NCBI GenBank assembly: GCA_023700805.1
Contig: JAMPYF010000004.1
Coordinates: 9,341 to 73,340, forward strand
Reading direction: 5' to 3'
Length of the DNA stretch: 64,000 nt
Origin: Sulfuritalea sp.
Lineage (GTDB): Bacteria; Pseudomonadota; Gammaproteobacteria; Burkholderiales; Rhodocyclaceae
Part shown: one piece after another, positions 53,668 through 64,000 of the stretch
Layout: every line of letters starts with the position of its first letter
Numbering within the stretch: position 1 is the first letter of the stretch
Translations under genes and position numbers: made by a program
Notes under the pieces: model-generated
Seen by the model: only the letters and a program-made list of their open reading frames with translations
Told to the model about the DNA's origin: nothing
The model's database searches: none

Positions 53668-55820
53668 GTTGAGTCTCCCCGCCGCCAGGCATGGAAGCGT
53701 GCCACCCAGGCCAGCAAGGCTTGCGGCGCGTGGGCCTTCTTCCAGACGCCGGCGACGTACTTGTTGGCCTCCGCCATGGTTGGATAGATGTGGATGGTGC
53801 CGAGGATCTGGTTCAGCCCGATGCCGTGCTTCATCGCCAGCACGTACTCGGCGATCAGGTCGCCGGCGTGCTCGCCGACGATGGTGACGCCCAGTATCCG
53901 GTCCTTGCCCGACACCGTCAGCACCTTGATGAAGCCGTGGGCCTCGCTGTCGGCAATCGCGCGGTCGAGGTCGTCGATGTCGTAGCGCGCCACTTCATAG
54001 GCGATGCCCTTTTCCTTCGCTTCCGTTTCGTTCAAGCCGACGCGCGCCACTTCCGGCTCGACGAAGGTCGCCCAGGGGATCACCGAGTAGTCGGCCTTGA
54101 ACTTCTTGAAGGGATCGAACAGCGCATTGACCGCCGCATACCAGGCCTGGTGCGCGGCGGTATGGGTGAACTGGTAGGGGCCGGCGACGTCGCCGGCGGC
54201 GTAGATGTTGGGGTAATTGGTTTGCAGGAAGTCGTTGGTGTCCACCGTGCGGCCGGTACTGACGCCAACCTCTTCCAGGCCGTAGCCCTTGAGGTTTGCG
54301 ACGCGACCGACGGCGACCAGCACGGCGTCGAAGGGAATGCGGACGTCACGGCCTTCATGTTCTGCGATCAGGATCTTCTCGCCGTTTTCGACGACGAATT
54401 GTTTGGCCTTGTGCTCCAGCAGCACGTCGATGCCCTCCCGGCGGAAGCGCGCGGCGACCAGGTCCGAGACTTCCGGGTCTTCGCGGATCATCAGACGCGG
54501 CAGCATTTCGACTTGCGACACTCGCGACCCGAAGCGGGCGAAGGCCTGGGTCAGTTCGCAACCGATCGGCCCGCCGCCCAGCACCACCAGGCGCTTCGGC
54601 AGTTCGCGCAAATTCCAGACGTTGTCCGATGTCAGGTAGCCGGTTTCCTCGATGCCGGGAATCGGCGGCACGAAGGGCCGCGCGCCGGCGGCGATGACGA
54701 TGCTGCGCGTGCTGAGTTTCTCGGTGGCGCCGTTGTGGTGCGTGAGTTCGACTTCCCAGGGCGAGACGATCTTCGCGCTGCCTTCGATGACGTCGACGCC
54801 GAGCCCGGTATAGCGTTCCACGGAATCATGCGGCTCGACGGTCTTGACTACGCGCTGCACGCGCTCCATGACCTCGGCAAAGGAAAAGTCGGCGCTGGCG
54901 CCACGGCGAAATCCGAACTCCTCGGCCCGTGAAAGATGCGAAAGGAACTTCGCCGAGCGGATCAGCGCCTTGGACGGCACGCAGCCGGTGTTGAGGCAGT
55001 CGCCGCCGAGCTTGTGCTTTTCGATCAGGGTGACCTTGGCCTTGACCGCCGCCGCGATGTAGGCGGTGACCAGCCCGGCGCTGCCGCCGCCGATGACGAC
55101 GACGTTGCGATCGAACTTCGCCGGCCGGGTCCAGCGCGCATAGACCTTCTTCGCCTTGATGCCGTCGACGATCTTTTTCGCGATCAGCGGGAAGATGCCG
55201 AGCAGGGCGAAGGAGCCGATCAGCGCCGGCGAGAGGATGCCGGACAGGCTGCTAATGCCGGCCAGTTGCGTGCCGGCATTCACATACACCAGCGTGCCGG
55301 CCAGCATGCCGAGCTGGCTGACCCAGTAGAAGGTGCCCGCCCGCATCGAGGTCAGGCCCATCAGCAGGTTGATCATGAAGAAGGGAAACACCGGCACCAG
55401 GCGCAGGGTGAACAGGTAGAAGCCGCCATCCTTCTCGACGCCCTGGTTGATCGCCCGCAGGCGGTCGCCGAAGCGCGCCTGCACCCAGTCGCGCAGCAGG
55501 AAGCGCGAGGCGAGGAAGGCCAGCGTGGCGCCCAGGCTGGAAGCGAAGGACACCAGCACGGTACCCCACAAGAGGCCGAACACCGCGCCGCCGGCCAGGG
55601 TCATGATCGCCGCGCCGGGCAAGGACAGCGCGGTCACCGCGACGTAGCCGACGAAGAAGATGCCGGCGGTCAGCCAGGGGTTGGCCGCGCGATAGGCGTC
55701 GAGCGCCGCCTGCTGCGCTTTCATCGCTTCGAGGCTGAAGTAACGCCCCAGGTCCAATCCAAAATAAACCGCTACAAACACGGCAACGGCGACAACGACA
55801 AGCAGTTTGCGCAATGACAA
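53664..55820 (-). CDS. VTT/DedA membrane domain + LpdA/MerA-like pyridine nucleotide-disulfide oxidoreductase fusion
   Basis: LRLVPVFPF; GGDCLNTGCVPSK; HIYPTMAE; GGAG before TTG 55820. Confidence 0.88.
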   Translation of the reverse strand: MSLRKLLVVVAVAVFVAVYFGLDLGRYFSLEAMKAQQAALDAYRAANPWLTAGIFFVGYVAVTALSLPGAAIMTLAGGAVFGLLWGTVLVSFASSLGATLAFLASRFLLRDWVQARFGDRLRAINQGVEKDGGFYLFTLRLVPVFPFFMINLLMGLTSMRAGTFYWVSQLGMLAGTLVYVNAGTQLAGISSLSGILSPALIGSFALLGIFPLIAKKIVDGIKAKKVYARWTRPAKFDRNVVVIGGGSAGLVTAYIAAAVKAKVTLIEKHKLGGDCLNTGCVPSKALIRSAKFLSHLSRAEEFGFRRGASADFSFAEVMERVQRVVKTVEPHDSVERYTGLGVDVIEGSAKIVSPWEVELTHHNGATEKLSTRSIVIAAGARPFVPPIPGIEETGYLTSDNVWNLRELPKRLVVLGGGPIGCELTQAFARFGSRVSQVEMLPRLMIREDPEVSDLVAARFRREGIDVLLEHKAKQFVVENGEKILIAEHEGRDVRIPFDAVLVAVGRVANLKGYGLEEVGVSTGRTVDTNDFLQTNYPNIYAAGDVAGPYQFTHTAAHQAWYAAVNALFDPFKKFKADYSVIPWATFVEPEVARVGLNETEAKEKGIAYEVARYDIDDLDRAIADSEAHGFIKVLTVSGKDRILGVTIVGEHAGDLIAEYVLAMKHGIGLNQILGTIHIYPTMAEANKYVAGVWKKAHAPQALLAWVARFHAWRRGDST

Positions 55821-55985
55821 GAGAGTCTCCCTGATAGATCGCCGAACATGATGTCGCTTCGGTCTTGTGTATTGGTCGTGCAATTGACCAATAACTTACA
55901 TGGTCACGGCTTGTTCCCGACGTGTAAGGTCTGCGTATGGAAGCGCGACCGTGTACAACACAAGCCGATTGAGGAGGATGCAGAA

Positions 55986-56354
55986 ATGGAACGCGCCATC
56001 GTAAGCATCAACAAGCACGAGGTCGTGGTCGAATGGACGCCGGCGGCGGCGCGCGAGCTGGCGCGGCGCACGGCACCCCTGATCGTCGAGCTGGAACTGT
56101 ACTTTTCCTGCCTGGTCAAGAAGTTCGTGCACTTCAGAGAGGACTCGCGAGGCCGGCCGACGGTAGCCGCTAACGAAATGCTGCAACTCTATTTCCGCCC
56201 CGTGACCTCGACCGCCTGCAGCTTCGAAACCGCCGAGCGTCTCGGTCGCCAGCCCGAGATGGACATCGATACTCCTGCGACGCGGCGAATCGCACCCAAG
56301 CGAGTCAGCCTGGATCACGTCCGTGGAGCCTGGCGCGGCAGTTTCAGCCTGTGA
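55986..56354 (+). CDS. hypothetical protein
   Basis: GAGGAGG RBS; ELELYFSCLVKK. Confidence 0.65.
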   Translation: MERAIVSINKHEVVVEWTPAAARELARRTAPLIVELELYFSCLVKKFVHFREDSRGRPTVAANEMLQLYFRPVTSTACSFETAERLGRQPEMDIDTPATRRIAPKRVSLDHVRGAWRGSFSL

Positions 56355-58446
56355 CCGGAAGGGCCTGAGCGCGCACCCGTGCCAGGAAATCGTCCAACGG
56401 CATCGGCCGCGCCACGACGTAGCCCTGTACCAGGTCGCAGCCGTTTTCTCCGAGCCAGGCCAGTTCCTGCGGCGTTTCCGCCCCTTCGGCGACAACCGAC
56501 AGGCCGAGTTCGCGGCACAGCAGGATGGTCGAACGCACGATGGCGGCATTCTTCGAATCGGTATCGACGCCATCGACAAAGATACGGTCAATCTTGAGCT
56601 CATGAACCGGCAATGTCTTCACATAGGCCAACGAAGCCTGGCCCGATCCGTAGTCGTCGATTGACAGCTTGACGCCGATCGCTGCCAGTTCATTGAGGTG
56701 TTTGAGGGCCAGCTCCGGGTCGTCCATCAGCGCGCTCTCGGTGATTTCCAGGCAGAGCCGGTCGGGTGGCAGCGCCGATTCGTCGAGCAGGCGCCGCACC
56801 GTGCTGACGAGATCGCGATTCAGCAAATCGAGCGCGGACAGGTTGGCCGAGGCGATCACTGCGATGCCATCCCGGCGCCACTGCGCGGCGTCGGCGATCA
56901 CCCGCGCCAGTACCCAGGGCGTGACCTCGCGGATGAAGCCGGTCTGCTCGGCGAAAGGGATGAAGTTTCCCGGCGGGATCATGCCTTTTTCCGGATGACG
57001 CCAGCGCAGCAGCGCTTCGGCTGACGCGATGCGTTTCTGCGCCAGGTGCAGCTTGGGCTGGTAGTGCACCAGAAAGTCGCCACGGGCCAGCGCCTCGCGC
57101 ATTTCGCCGATCAGGGACAGTTCCTCGTGAGCGGCTTCGGATTCATCGTCGTTGCTGAAGGCATGGCCTTCGTGCCGCCGCTTGGCGCGTGTCATCGCCA
57201 GTTCGGCGCGTCGCAGCAGCGCGGCGCTGTCTTCGCCGGCCTGCGGATACATTGCAATGCCAAGGCTGGCATCGATGTCGAGACGCTGGCCGTCGACCAT
57301 CATCGGCGCGCGCAGCGCTGCAAGTATCCGTTCAGCCTGAAGCGCGGCCGTGGTCCGGTCCACGTCCTGTAACAGCAGGACAAACTGATCGCCCCAGAGC
57401 CGGGCCAGCGTGCAGCCCTCGCCCTGGACTTGGCAAAGGCGCGCGGCGAATTCGCGCAACAGTCGATCCCCCACCCCATGGCCCAGCGCATTGTTGATCG
57501 GCGCGAAGCGATTGATGTCCAGCATCACCACCGCACCCGTGCTGCCGGCCGGCAGCAAGCCGAGAATTTCGAGAAAGCGCGTGCGGTTGGGCAGGCCGGT
57601 GAGCAGGTCGACATAAGCCAGGCGGGAGATTTTTTCCTCACGGCTGGCGATGCTGTCGCGCATGGTGGTCAGTGAACCCAGCAACGCTCCGATCTCGTCT
57701 CCCCTGCCGGGTGGTACCGCCGTCTTGTAGTCGCCGCCCGCAATCCGTTCGGCGACGGCGACCGCCTTGCGCACCGGCACCACGATGCTGCGCGCGATCG
57801 CCCAGGCCATGGCAATGCCGGCAACGAGGGCGCCGGTCGCCAGCAGAATCACAAGCCGACGCGCATTCGTCGTGATCTGTCGCAGTTCCCCCAGTTCGGC
57901 CTGCATCGCCTGTTGCAGCTGGCTTTCCAGCGCCTGGGTCTCGAACAGCAGCGTGTTCAGCACCTTTTGCGTCCGGTCCTCGAAATGGCGGCGGGCGGCG
58001 GCCGTACCTTCGATTTCGATCAGCTCCACGGTTTGCTGAAACAGATCGCCATAGCGCTGGCGCAGATCGGCGATGCGCTCGATGTCGGTGCGCACGGCCG
58101 GGCTCAACATCGCCTTTTCGAGACCGGCGACGGCCATGTCGGCCGCCGCGAGTTCGGCATCCATTGCGGCGTACTGCGGCACGCGCGCATCGCGCTCCGC
58201 TGTCTGCATCAGGTTGAGCAGACCGATGGCCGCCGCCTGGGCATGCTGGTTGGCACGCTGCGAAAGGATCACGAGTTGCGCCTGGCGGTCGACGATGTCG
58301 CGTGTGCGCGCGGTCAAATCTTCCAGCCGCTGCAGCGGCACGGCCGCAACGGCGAACAGCAGCCCGAGCAGAACCGCGAAGCCGATGATAAGGCGGGCAC
58401 TAATGGAAGCCAGGCGGGAGACCGGGTTGTACATGATTTCAGTCAT
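56344..58446 (-). CDS. membrane sensor-HAMP-GGDEF(degenerate)-EAL protein
   Basis: WGDQF in place of GGDEF; EALLRW, IDDYGSG, ELKID. Confidence 0.9.
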   Translation of the reverse strand: MTEIMYNPVSRLASISARLIIGFAVLLGLLFAVAAVPLQRLEDLTARTRDIVDRQAQLVILSQRANQHAQAAAIGLLNLMQTAERDARVPQYAAMDAELAAADMAVAGLEKAMLSPAVRTDIERIADLRQRYGDLFQQTVELIEIEGTAAARRHFEDRTQKVLNTLLFETQALESQLQQAMQAELGELRQITTNARRLVILLATGALVAGIAMAWAIARSIVVPVRKAVAVAERIAGGDYKTAVPPGRGDEIGALLGSLTTMRDSIASREEKISRLAYVDLLTGLPNRTRFLEILGLLPAGSTGAVVMLDINRFAPINNALGHGVGDRLLREFAARLCQVQGEGCTLARLWGDQFVLLLQDVDRTTAALQAERILAALRAPMMVDGQRLDIDASLGIAMYPQAGEDSAALLRRAELAMTRAKRRHEGHAFSNDDESEAAHEELSLIGEMREALARGDFLVHYQPKLHLAQKRIASAEALLRWRHPEKGMIPPGNFIPFAEQTGFIREVTPWVLARVIADAAQWRRDGIAVIASANLSALDLLNRDLVSTVRRLLDESALPPDRLCLEITESALMDDPELALKHLNELAAIGVKLSIDDYGSGQASLAYVKTLPVHELKIDRIFVDGVDTDSKNAAIVRSTILLCRELGLSVVAEGAETPQELAWLGENGCDLVQGYVVARPMPLDDFLARVRAQALPVTG

Positions 58447-58622
58447 GCCGCCTGCGGGCCTGCTTCTCGCGCAGGGTCACGAATTCTTCGGCGGACTTCG
58501 GATGGATGCGCTCCACGGCCGGTCGATTGGGCCTGCCACCGGTAGCGGCCAGGACCGGGCGGCCACCAATGATGGAACAATGAACCTCAAAATTGCTCAC
58601 TGCATTTCTCCTGGAACCTGAT

Positions 58623-59636
58623 TCATCTGCATTGATCGCTGCTGCATTCCACGATTGGCAGTTTTCCCGCCATGACTCGCATGACAAACAAGGTGGCCGC
58701 GACCCCGGCGATCAAGGCGAAGTAGCTTGCCAGCGCCCAGATCGACGCCGTCGGCACCGCCGCGAGGATCAGCGTGTCGTTGCCGCCGGGAACCAGCGCG
58801 CCGCCGACGCCCATCAACAACCCGCCCGCGACACGGCGCGGCCAGTGGCGCCAGTGGTTGCTCAAGGCAAACGATCGTCGTTGCCGCGAGGACGCCAGCA
58901 TTCCGGCGAACATCGCGATCACCAGGAGCGCGTGCAAGGCCGAGGGTGCCGGCGCGGCGCCCTGCCACGACACCGCTTCCGCCCGCAAGAAGCTGGTGTA
59001 CGACCAGGTGCCCTGCAAGCTGTACAGAAGTCCGGCGGCGACACCGAGCAGCGCGGCGGCGCTCGACAGGCGGTAGGCCGGAGCGAACAGGCGATCCCTG
59101 AAGCCGGCAGGGACAACGGACGAGCGCCACAGTCGAACGATTTCCGTCAGTACCCACAACCACAGCAAGAGCAGCAGCGGCAGAACCAGCACATGCCCGC
59201 TCAGCCAGAATGACGAAACGTGGCGCAATGTGCCATTGCCCAGGTGAGTGCCGAACCCGTTCGCCACAAGCACCCCGATCATGAAAGCCGCCAGGGTTCC
59301 AAGCATGCTCAGATCGCCATCGGCGAGACGCTGCAGGGTCGACAGCGAGCAGCCGCCATTGATCGTCGCTCCGATGCCGAACACAAAACCGCCGGCCAGG
59401 GCGAGCGCATGAGGGGTCCGCTCCAGCGCGGGTACCGCCGCGGTGGGATAAAGCAGGAGCAGCGCGCCGGCAATCGCCGCGGCCCATGCCGCCGCCTTGA
59501 GAAAGCTTGCCAGCATCCAGGCCGTTCCCGAACTCATCATTTCCGCCACCGCCCGCACCGTGCATAGGCTTGCCCGGTGCGCGGCAAAGCCGATGCCCAT
59601 GACTAAGATCAGCGACAGTAAAGAAAGCAAAAACAC
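58623..59636 (-). CDS. YeeE/YedE sulfur-transport family protein
   Basis: RASLC, FGIGATINGGC, GALVPGGND. Confidence 0.8.
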   Translation of the reverse strand: MFLLSLLSLILVMGIGFAAHRASLCTVRAVAEMMSSGTAWMLASFLKAAAWAAAIAGALLLLYPTAAVPALERTPHALALAGGFVFGIGATINGGCSLSTLQRLADGDLSMLGTLAAFMIGVLVANGFGTHLGNGTLRHVSSFWLSGHVLVLPLLLLLWLWVLTEIVRLWRSSVVPAGFRDRLFAPAYRLSSAAALLGVAAGLLYSLQGTWSYTSFLRAEAVSWQGAAPAPSALHALLVIAMFAGMLASSRQRRSFALSNHWRHWPRRVAGGLLMGVGGALVPGGNDTLILAAVPTASIWALASYFALIAGVAATLFVMRVMAGKLPIVECSSDQCR

Positions 59637-59651
59637 GGTGGCTACCTCGAT

Positions 59652-59858
59652 CTATACCAACACGATGTCGTCGGGCGCGACTTCGAGACGCTGATTGAAT
59701 CCGTAACAAATCAGCTTCCTCCCCGTGCCACTCACCGCTCCAATCAAGAAGCAGTTTTCGAGGGCTTGTCCCCGGCGCCTGACGCTTGCCAGCAGCAAGC
59801 GGAATCGCGCCGGATGAAGCCGAACCAGCTTGCCGACATAGAGTTTCAGATTCTTCAT
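59652..59858 (-). CDS. small hypothetical protein
   Basis: ORF from MKNLKLYVG with upstream AGGA. Confidence 0.45.
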   Translation of the reverse strand: MKNLKLYVGKLVRLHPARFRLLLASVRRRGQALENCFLIGAVSGTGRKLICYGFNQRLEVAPDDIVLV

Positions 59859-60217
59859 GACCGACAGTGAAGTTCCTTTTTCCTTATCGACGCCGATAAC
59901 AGGCGTGATCCGACGTCTGGCCATTGGTCGCAAGACGATCCCAAATACTTACAAGGCAGACAGCTTGATTTTGCTCACGGTGCGGCTTTTATTCCGGACT
60001 GTAAGTTTTGTTCCGACACCAGCGACTAAACGGTACAGCGTGACGGAAAGCTTGGCCTGTCATTCGGGCGTGTTTCGATTTTGATCGTTTGCCGATCATT
60101 CCGTTGTGCCGCATGAAATCACTTTTGCCGAACTTGCGCGACCCGCTGCTTGCCTTCCTGAAAATGGAAGAAGTCCGTGTGTGCGCTTGTGAGCTTGGTT
60201 TATGGAGTCCGCCACGA

Positions 60218-62247
60218 TGTCCGAGCATTTTGATCAGTCCAGAGCAGGATGCTTCGATCCATCGACTGGGCTGACGCTACCCGCCCGTCTGGTGGCCCAC
60301 CTGATGACGGCGGCTGCTTATTTCAGCGCCGGGATGCTGGCGTATGCCGTCTTTCCGATCGGCAACGGCGTCGCGGGCATCTGGCCCGCCGCGGGTGTCT
60401 CGGTGGCGGCGATGCTGTTGCTGGGGCCGTCAGCTTCACTGGCGATTTTTCTCGGCGATTTTCTGGTCGGCCTGAATATCGGACTGCCGGTCGGCCATGC
60501 CTTGCTGCTCGCCAGCGGTGCCGTCGGTGAAGCACTGGTCGCCTGGTTCCTGCTGACGCGTGTCGCCGCCATCGACTTGCGCTTGAAGCGCATCCGCGAC
60601 GTCACCGCCTTCATCCTCGCCGGCGTCCTGCCTTCCGCGGTGCTGTGCGTGATGCTCAGGATGATGCTGATCGCGGCCATGGCCGATCCAGGCCCGATGT
60701 TGGCAATGGATCGACAGATGCTCGTCATCGGCCTGCTGGGACACGGCCTCGGCGTGCTGCTGGTGGCGCCCGTGATCCTTTGCTGGACCGCGGAACGTCC
60801 CCTGCCGCGCCCAGGCCTTGAGTTCTGGCTGATGCTGCTGGCGGCCATGCTGCTGAACGCCGCAGCCTTCACTGCGACACCGAGCGGGCCGGCATCGGCC
60901 CTGCTGTATGCGGTTTTCGTCATCGTGCTGTGGGCCGCCCTGCGCTTTGGTCCCCGCGAAACGTCGGGCGTGATGCTGCTGACGGCCATTTTCGCAACCT
61001 GGGCAGCCGGGAAAGCCACGGGGCCATTTCTGATCAGCAACCAGGTCGAAGCCCTGTATTCATTGGGCGCGTTCCTGCTGATCGCCTCCGCCACAGCCTT
61101 GCTGCTCGCTGCCGCCGCGAAAGAGCGGGCAGCCTCGATCGAGCGGGTCGGGGAAAGCGAATACGCGCACCGGATGCTGATCGAGCGCATGCGGGAAGGC
61201 GTGATCACGCTCGATGGTGAGCGCCGCTTCAGTTTCGTCTCGGACCGCTTCTGCGCGCTGTCTGGCTGGTCGCGCCAGGACTTGCTGGGGCACCACATGG
61301 AGGAACTGGTGGCGCCGGACGATCGTGCCCGCCTCGACCAGGCACTGATCGATACCGAGCGCGGACAGGATGTCCATGTCGAGATTACGCTGGACCGTGG
61401 CCGCGACGGACCCATCGTTGTATCGATGGCGCCGCGCAGGCTCGCCGGTTCCGCAGGACAAGCATCCGGAATCATGGCGGTAGTTGCCGATGTCACGGAG
61501 CCGCGCCGCGCCGCGGAATTGGCCCGCATCCGCCTGCAGCAAATCGCTCACATGAGCCGGGTGCAGTCCATGGACGAAATGGCCATCGCCTTCGCCCATG
61601 AAATCGCTCAGCCGCTGACCGCGATCACCAGCTATGCGCAAGCGGCCCGGCGCTTCCTCGCAGCCGACGCGGGAGCCGTCGGTTCGGCCCGGGAGGCCCT
61701 CGACGGCGCCGAGCGCGAGGCCCGCCGCGCATCGGAAATCGTGCGCCGGATCCGCGGCTTCGTGCAGGACCGGGAGTCCGAGCGCGTCGTGCAGGTGGCG
61801 GATGCCCTGGTCGACGATGTGGCCCGTCTCGCCGGGCCGGAGGTTCGCCAGCATGGCGTCGTGCTGCTCACCGATCTGTGCGGCGGCGGCTGCAGGGTTT
61901 TCGTCGATCCTGTACAGATCCAGCAGGTTCTGCTGAACCTGGTGCGCAACGCCGCCGAAGCCATCGACGAGGCCGCTTGCGAAACGCGGGTCGTCACGCT
62001 GAAAAGTCGCGCCGTCCCGCCGGACGGCGTCGCCTTCTCGGTCATCGACTCCGGCCCGGGGATCACGCCGGACGCGCTTGAAAGAATATTCGAGCCGTTC
62101 TACACAACCAAGGCCAATGGCGTCGGCATCGGCCTGGCGCTATGCAGGTCGATCATTGAGGACCATGACGGCCAACTTGATGCCACCTCGGAACCGGGGC
62201 ATGGCGCGGAATTTACGTTCACCCTTAAGGAGTACCGGAATGCTTGA
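60218..62247 (+). CDS. MASE1-PAS histidine kinase (FixL/NtrB-like)
   Basis: IWPAAG MASE1, PAS, AHEIAQPL, NLVRNA, DSGPG, FYTTK. Confidence 0.9.
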
Positions 62248-62881
62248 GTCGACAGCAGGGATGCCGACCATCTATGTGGTCGACGATGAACCAACGGTGC
62301 GCGACGCGCTGCGCTTGCTGTTCCAGTCGGTCGGTATGAAAGTGGTCGAGTTCGACAATGCGCGCGCCGTGCTTGCCGGAGCGGACGAACTGGTGGCCGG
62401 CTGCCTGATTACCGACCTGCGCATGCCGCTGATGAGCGGCATCGACCTGGTCAAGGCCCTGCGCGAGCGGGGTTGCCGCCTGCCGATCGTGGTCATCAGC
62501 GGGCATGGCGACGTCAAGCTGGCGGTCCGCGCGCTGAAGGCCGGCGCCAACGACTTCGTCGAGAAGCCATTCAACGATCAGGATCTGCTCGATGCGGTCA
62601 ATTCGGCGTTGAACCTGCCCTGCGGGGTAGTCGGGAGCGAGACTGCCGGCGATGACATGGCGGCGCGCATCGGCCAGATCACGCCGCGCGAACTGGCGGT
62701 GCTGAAGCAGATCATCGCCGGCCGGCCGAACAAGCTGATCGCGCGCGAGCTCGACCTGAGTCCGCGCACCGTGGAAGCGCATCGGGCGCGCGTGATGCAG
62801 AAAATGCAGGCCGGATCGATAGCCGAGCTCGTCGGCCTGGCGCTGCGCGCCGGCATCGCACCGGATCGTGATCCTGCCTAG
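62240..62881 (+). CDS. FixJ-like response regulator
   Basis: VVDD, DLRMP, EKP, LuxR HTH SPRTVEAHR. Confidence 0.92.
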   Translation: MLESTAGMPTIYVVDDEPTVRDALRLLFQSVGMKVVEFDNARAVLAGADELVAGCLITDLRMPLMSGIDLVKALRERGCRLPIVVISGHGDVKLAVRALKAGANDFVEKPFNDQDLLDAVNSALNLPCGVVGSETAGDDMAARIGQITPRELAVLKQIIAGRPNKLIARELDLSPRTVEAHRARVMQKMQAGSIAELVGLALRAGIAPDRDPA

Positions 62882-63067
62882 GCGGCTGCCCGTGATTGCG
62901 GGTGTATACGTAGTCAACCCATGCCAATCAAGTAGCACTACGAATATCCATCGCGATAACAAATGCCTAAAGTGAAGTCATCGGATAAGCGCAGCTTCCA
63001 GGCGCTCTACCCGAAGAACAACCAGTCAGCCGACTGGCAACCATTTGACTACATCAAGGAGATCATC

Positions 63068-63331
63068 ATGAGCACACGCAAATCCATTTCCATCCTCGCG
63101 CTTTCCCTCGCTCTCGGCGGCGGCATGCTGGCCACCCCGGCATTTGCCGAGCTGCCGAAGGGGCCCACCGACGTCCAGGTGATGGACACCAACAAGAACG
63201 GCAAGATCGAGAAGGACGAGTACATCGCCTTCCACTCGAAGATGTTCGACAAGGCCGCCGGCGCGAAGGGTTACTGCACTTTCGAGGAAATCAAGAAAGG
63301 TTTCCGCGATCTGCAAATTAACAATCCATAA
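63068..63331 (+). CDS. small exported EF-hand protein
   Basis: Signal peptide; DTNKNGKIEKDEY loop; AAGGAG RBS. Confidence 0.8.
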   Translation: MSTRKSISILALSLALGGGMLATPAFAELPKGPTDVQVMDTNKNGKIEKDEYIAFHSKMFDKAAGAKGYCTFEEIKKGFRDLQINNP

Positions 63332-63548
63332 CCACGCCCGACGGCTAAGGTTTAACAGCGGCAGGCGCCACGTTGGACAGAAATTCGCAGGTGACCGGCG
63401 TGGCGTCGATTCATTGCCGCTTACGGCATGGTGTGCGCCACGACTGCCGCTACACCCCAGCCATTCTGGCAGCTCATTGCCGGTTCGGGGTGTAATCACT
63501 CTGCCTGCGTACGTGCGCGGTATAGGGGGATATCAAGGAGAAACGATC

Positions 63549-64000
63549 ATGCAGGCGCTGAAAAACATTCTGGCTGCAATCGTGCTGGGCCTTTCCGCTT
63601 CCGCCGCGTTCGCCGATCTGGAGCCGGGACAAACGCTGCCGCGGCTCGACATCGAACTGCTCGACGGCGAGACGCTGACCGCGAATCAATTGGCCGGCAA
63701 ACCGGTGGCCTATCTGTTCTGGGCGACCTGGTGCCATGTTTGTCGCGCCGAGTTGCCGACCTACCAGAAACTGCACACACAGTATCAGGCGCGTGGATTC
63801 CGGGTGGTGGCCCTGTCGCTCGACGAATCGGCGGCGGTGGCGAAGCGCTTCTGGGCGATCACCGGCTATACCCTTCCGGTCGCCATGCGCAGTGATGCGC
63901 TGCGCGAGGCCTTCGGTGGCATCAAGGGCACACCCACGCTGTATGTGGTCGATCGCGCAGGACGCCTGGTAAAGAAACAGCTCGGCGACATCGATCCCGG
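63549..64000 (+). CDS. TlpA-family thioredoxin, truncated by window end
   Basis: Manual translation: signal peptide, FWATWCHVC, GTPTLY. Confidence 0.88.
   Translation, partial: MQALKNILAAIVLGLSASAAFADLEPGQTLPRLDIELLDGETLTANQLAGKPVAYLFWATWCHVCRAELPTYQKLHTQYQARGFRVVALSLDESAAVAKRFWAITGYTLPVAMRSDALREAFGGIKGTPTLYVVDRAGRLVKKQLGDIDP

Larger units (their letters stand above)
42695..64000. mobile_element. probable genomic island at the 3' end of tRNA-Asp (right end not seen)
   Basis: Visible drop in GC and codon bias after the tRNA; rep/ParA/ParG-like genes, tyrosine recombinase, accessory cargo; no second att copy spotted. Confidence 0.6.

Noticed and set aside
53664-55820. merA mercury resistance
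   Set aside because: No C-terminal Cys pair and no mer operon genes

Overview
High-GC bacterial window; gene content suggests a denitrifying betaproteobacterium of the Rhodocyclales/Sterolibacteriaceae type (inference). 1-37 kb is an anaerobic-respiration cluster: menA-like gene, nosD, three SCO proteins, an FccB-like flavoprotein, and nirJ and nirN split by an opposite-strand TonB uptake operon. It also holds a B-family heme-copper operon with the active-site Tyr replaced by Gln (eNOR-type NO reductase, with CuA subunit II, an uncalled 50-aa subunit and ctaB). Next to it lie two unusual cytochrome b fusion proteins and a degenerate heme-copper subunit I paralog. Four FNR/DNR-like boxes punctuate the cluster. 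A 2440-aa RTX/beta-propeller protein sits between two diverged copies of a 65-bp segment, suggesting it was inserted. 37-42.6 kb carries an MBL hydrolase and a LysR/mmsA/GMC module. After tRNA-Asp (42618-42694) a probable genomic island begins, with rep/ParA/ParG-like genes and a nucleotidyltransferase. It also carries a tyrosine recombinase preceded by ~450 nt of hairpin-dense non-coding sequence with GNRA/UNCG tetraloops. Cargo follows: ECF sigma/anti-sigma, a partial arsenosugar-type cluster, an EAL protein, YeeE, a FixLJ-like pair, an EF-hand protein and TlpA. Top candidates for undescribed systems are the structured RNA + tyrosine recombinase + small partner module, and the eNOR-linked cytochrome b/Fe-S/flavin electron conduit. 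All family assignments come from motif recognition by eye; no searches were run.
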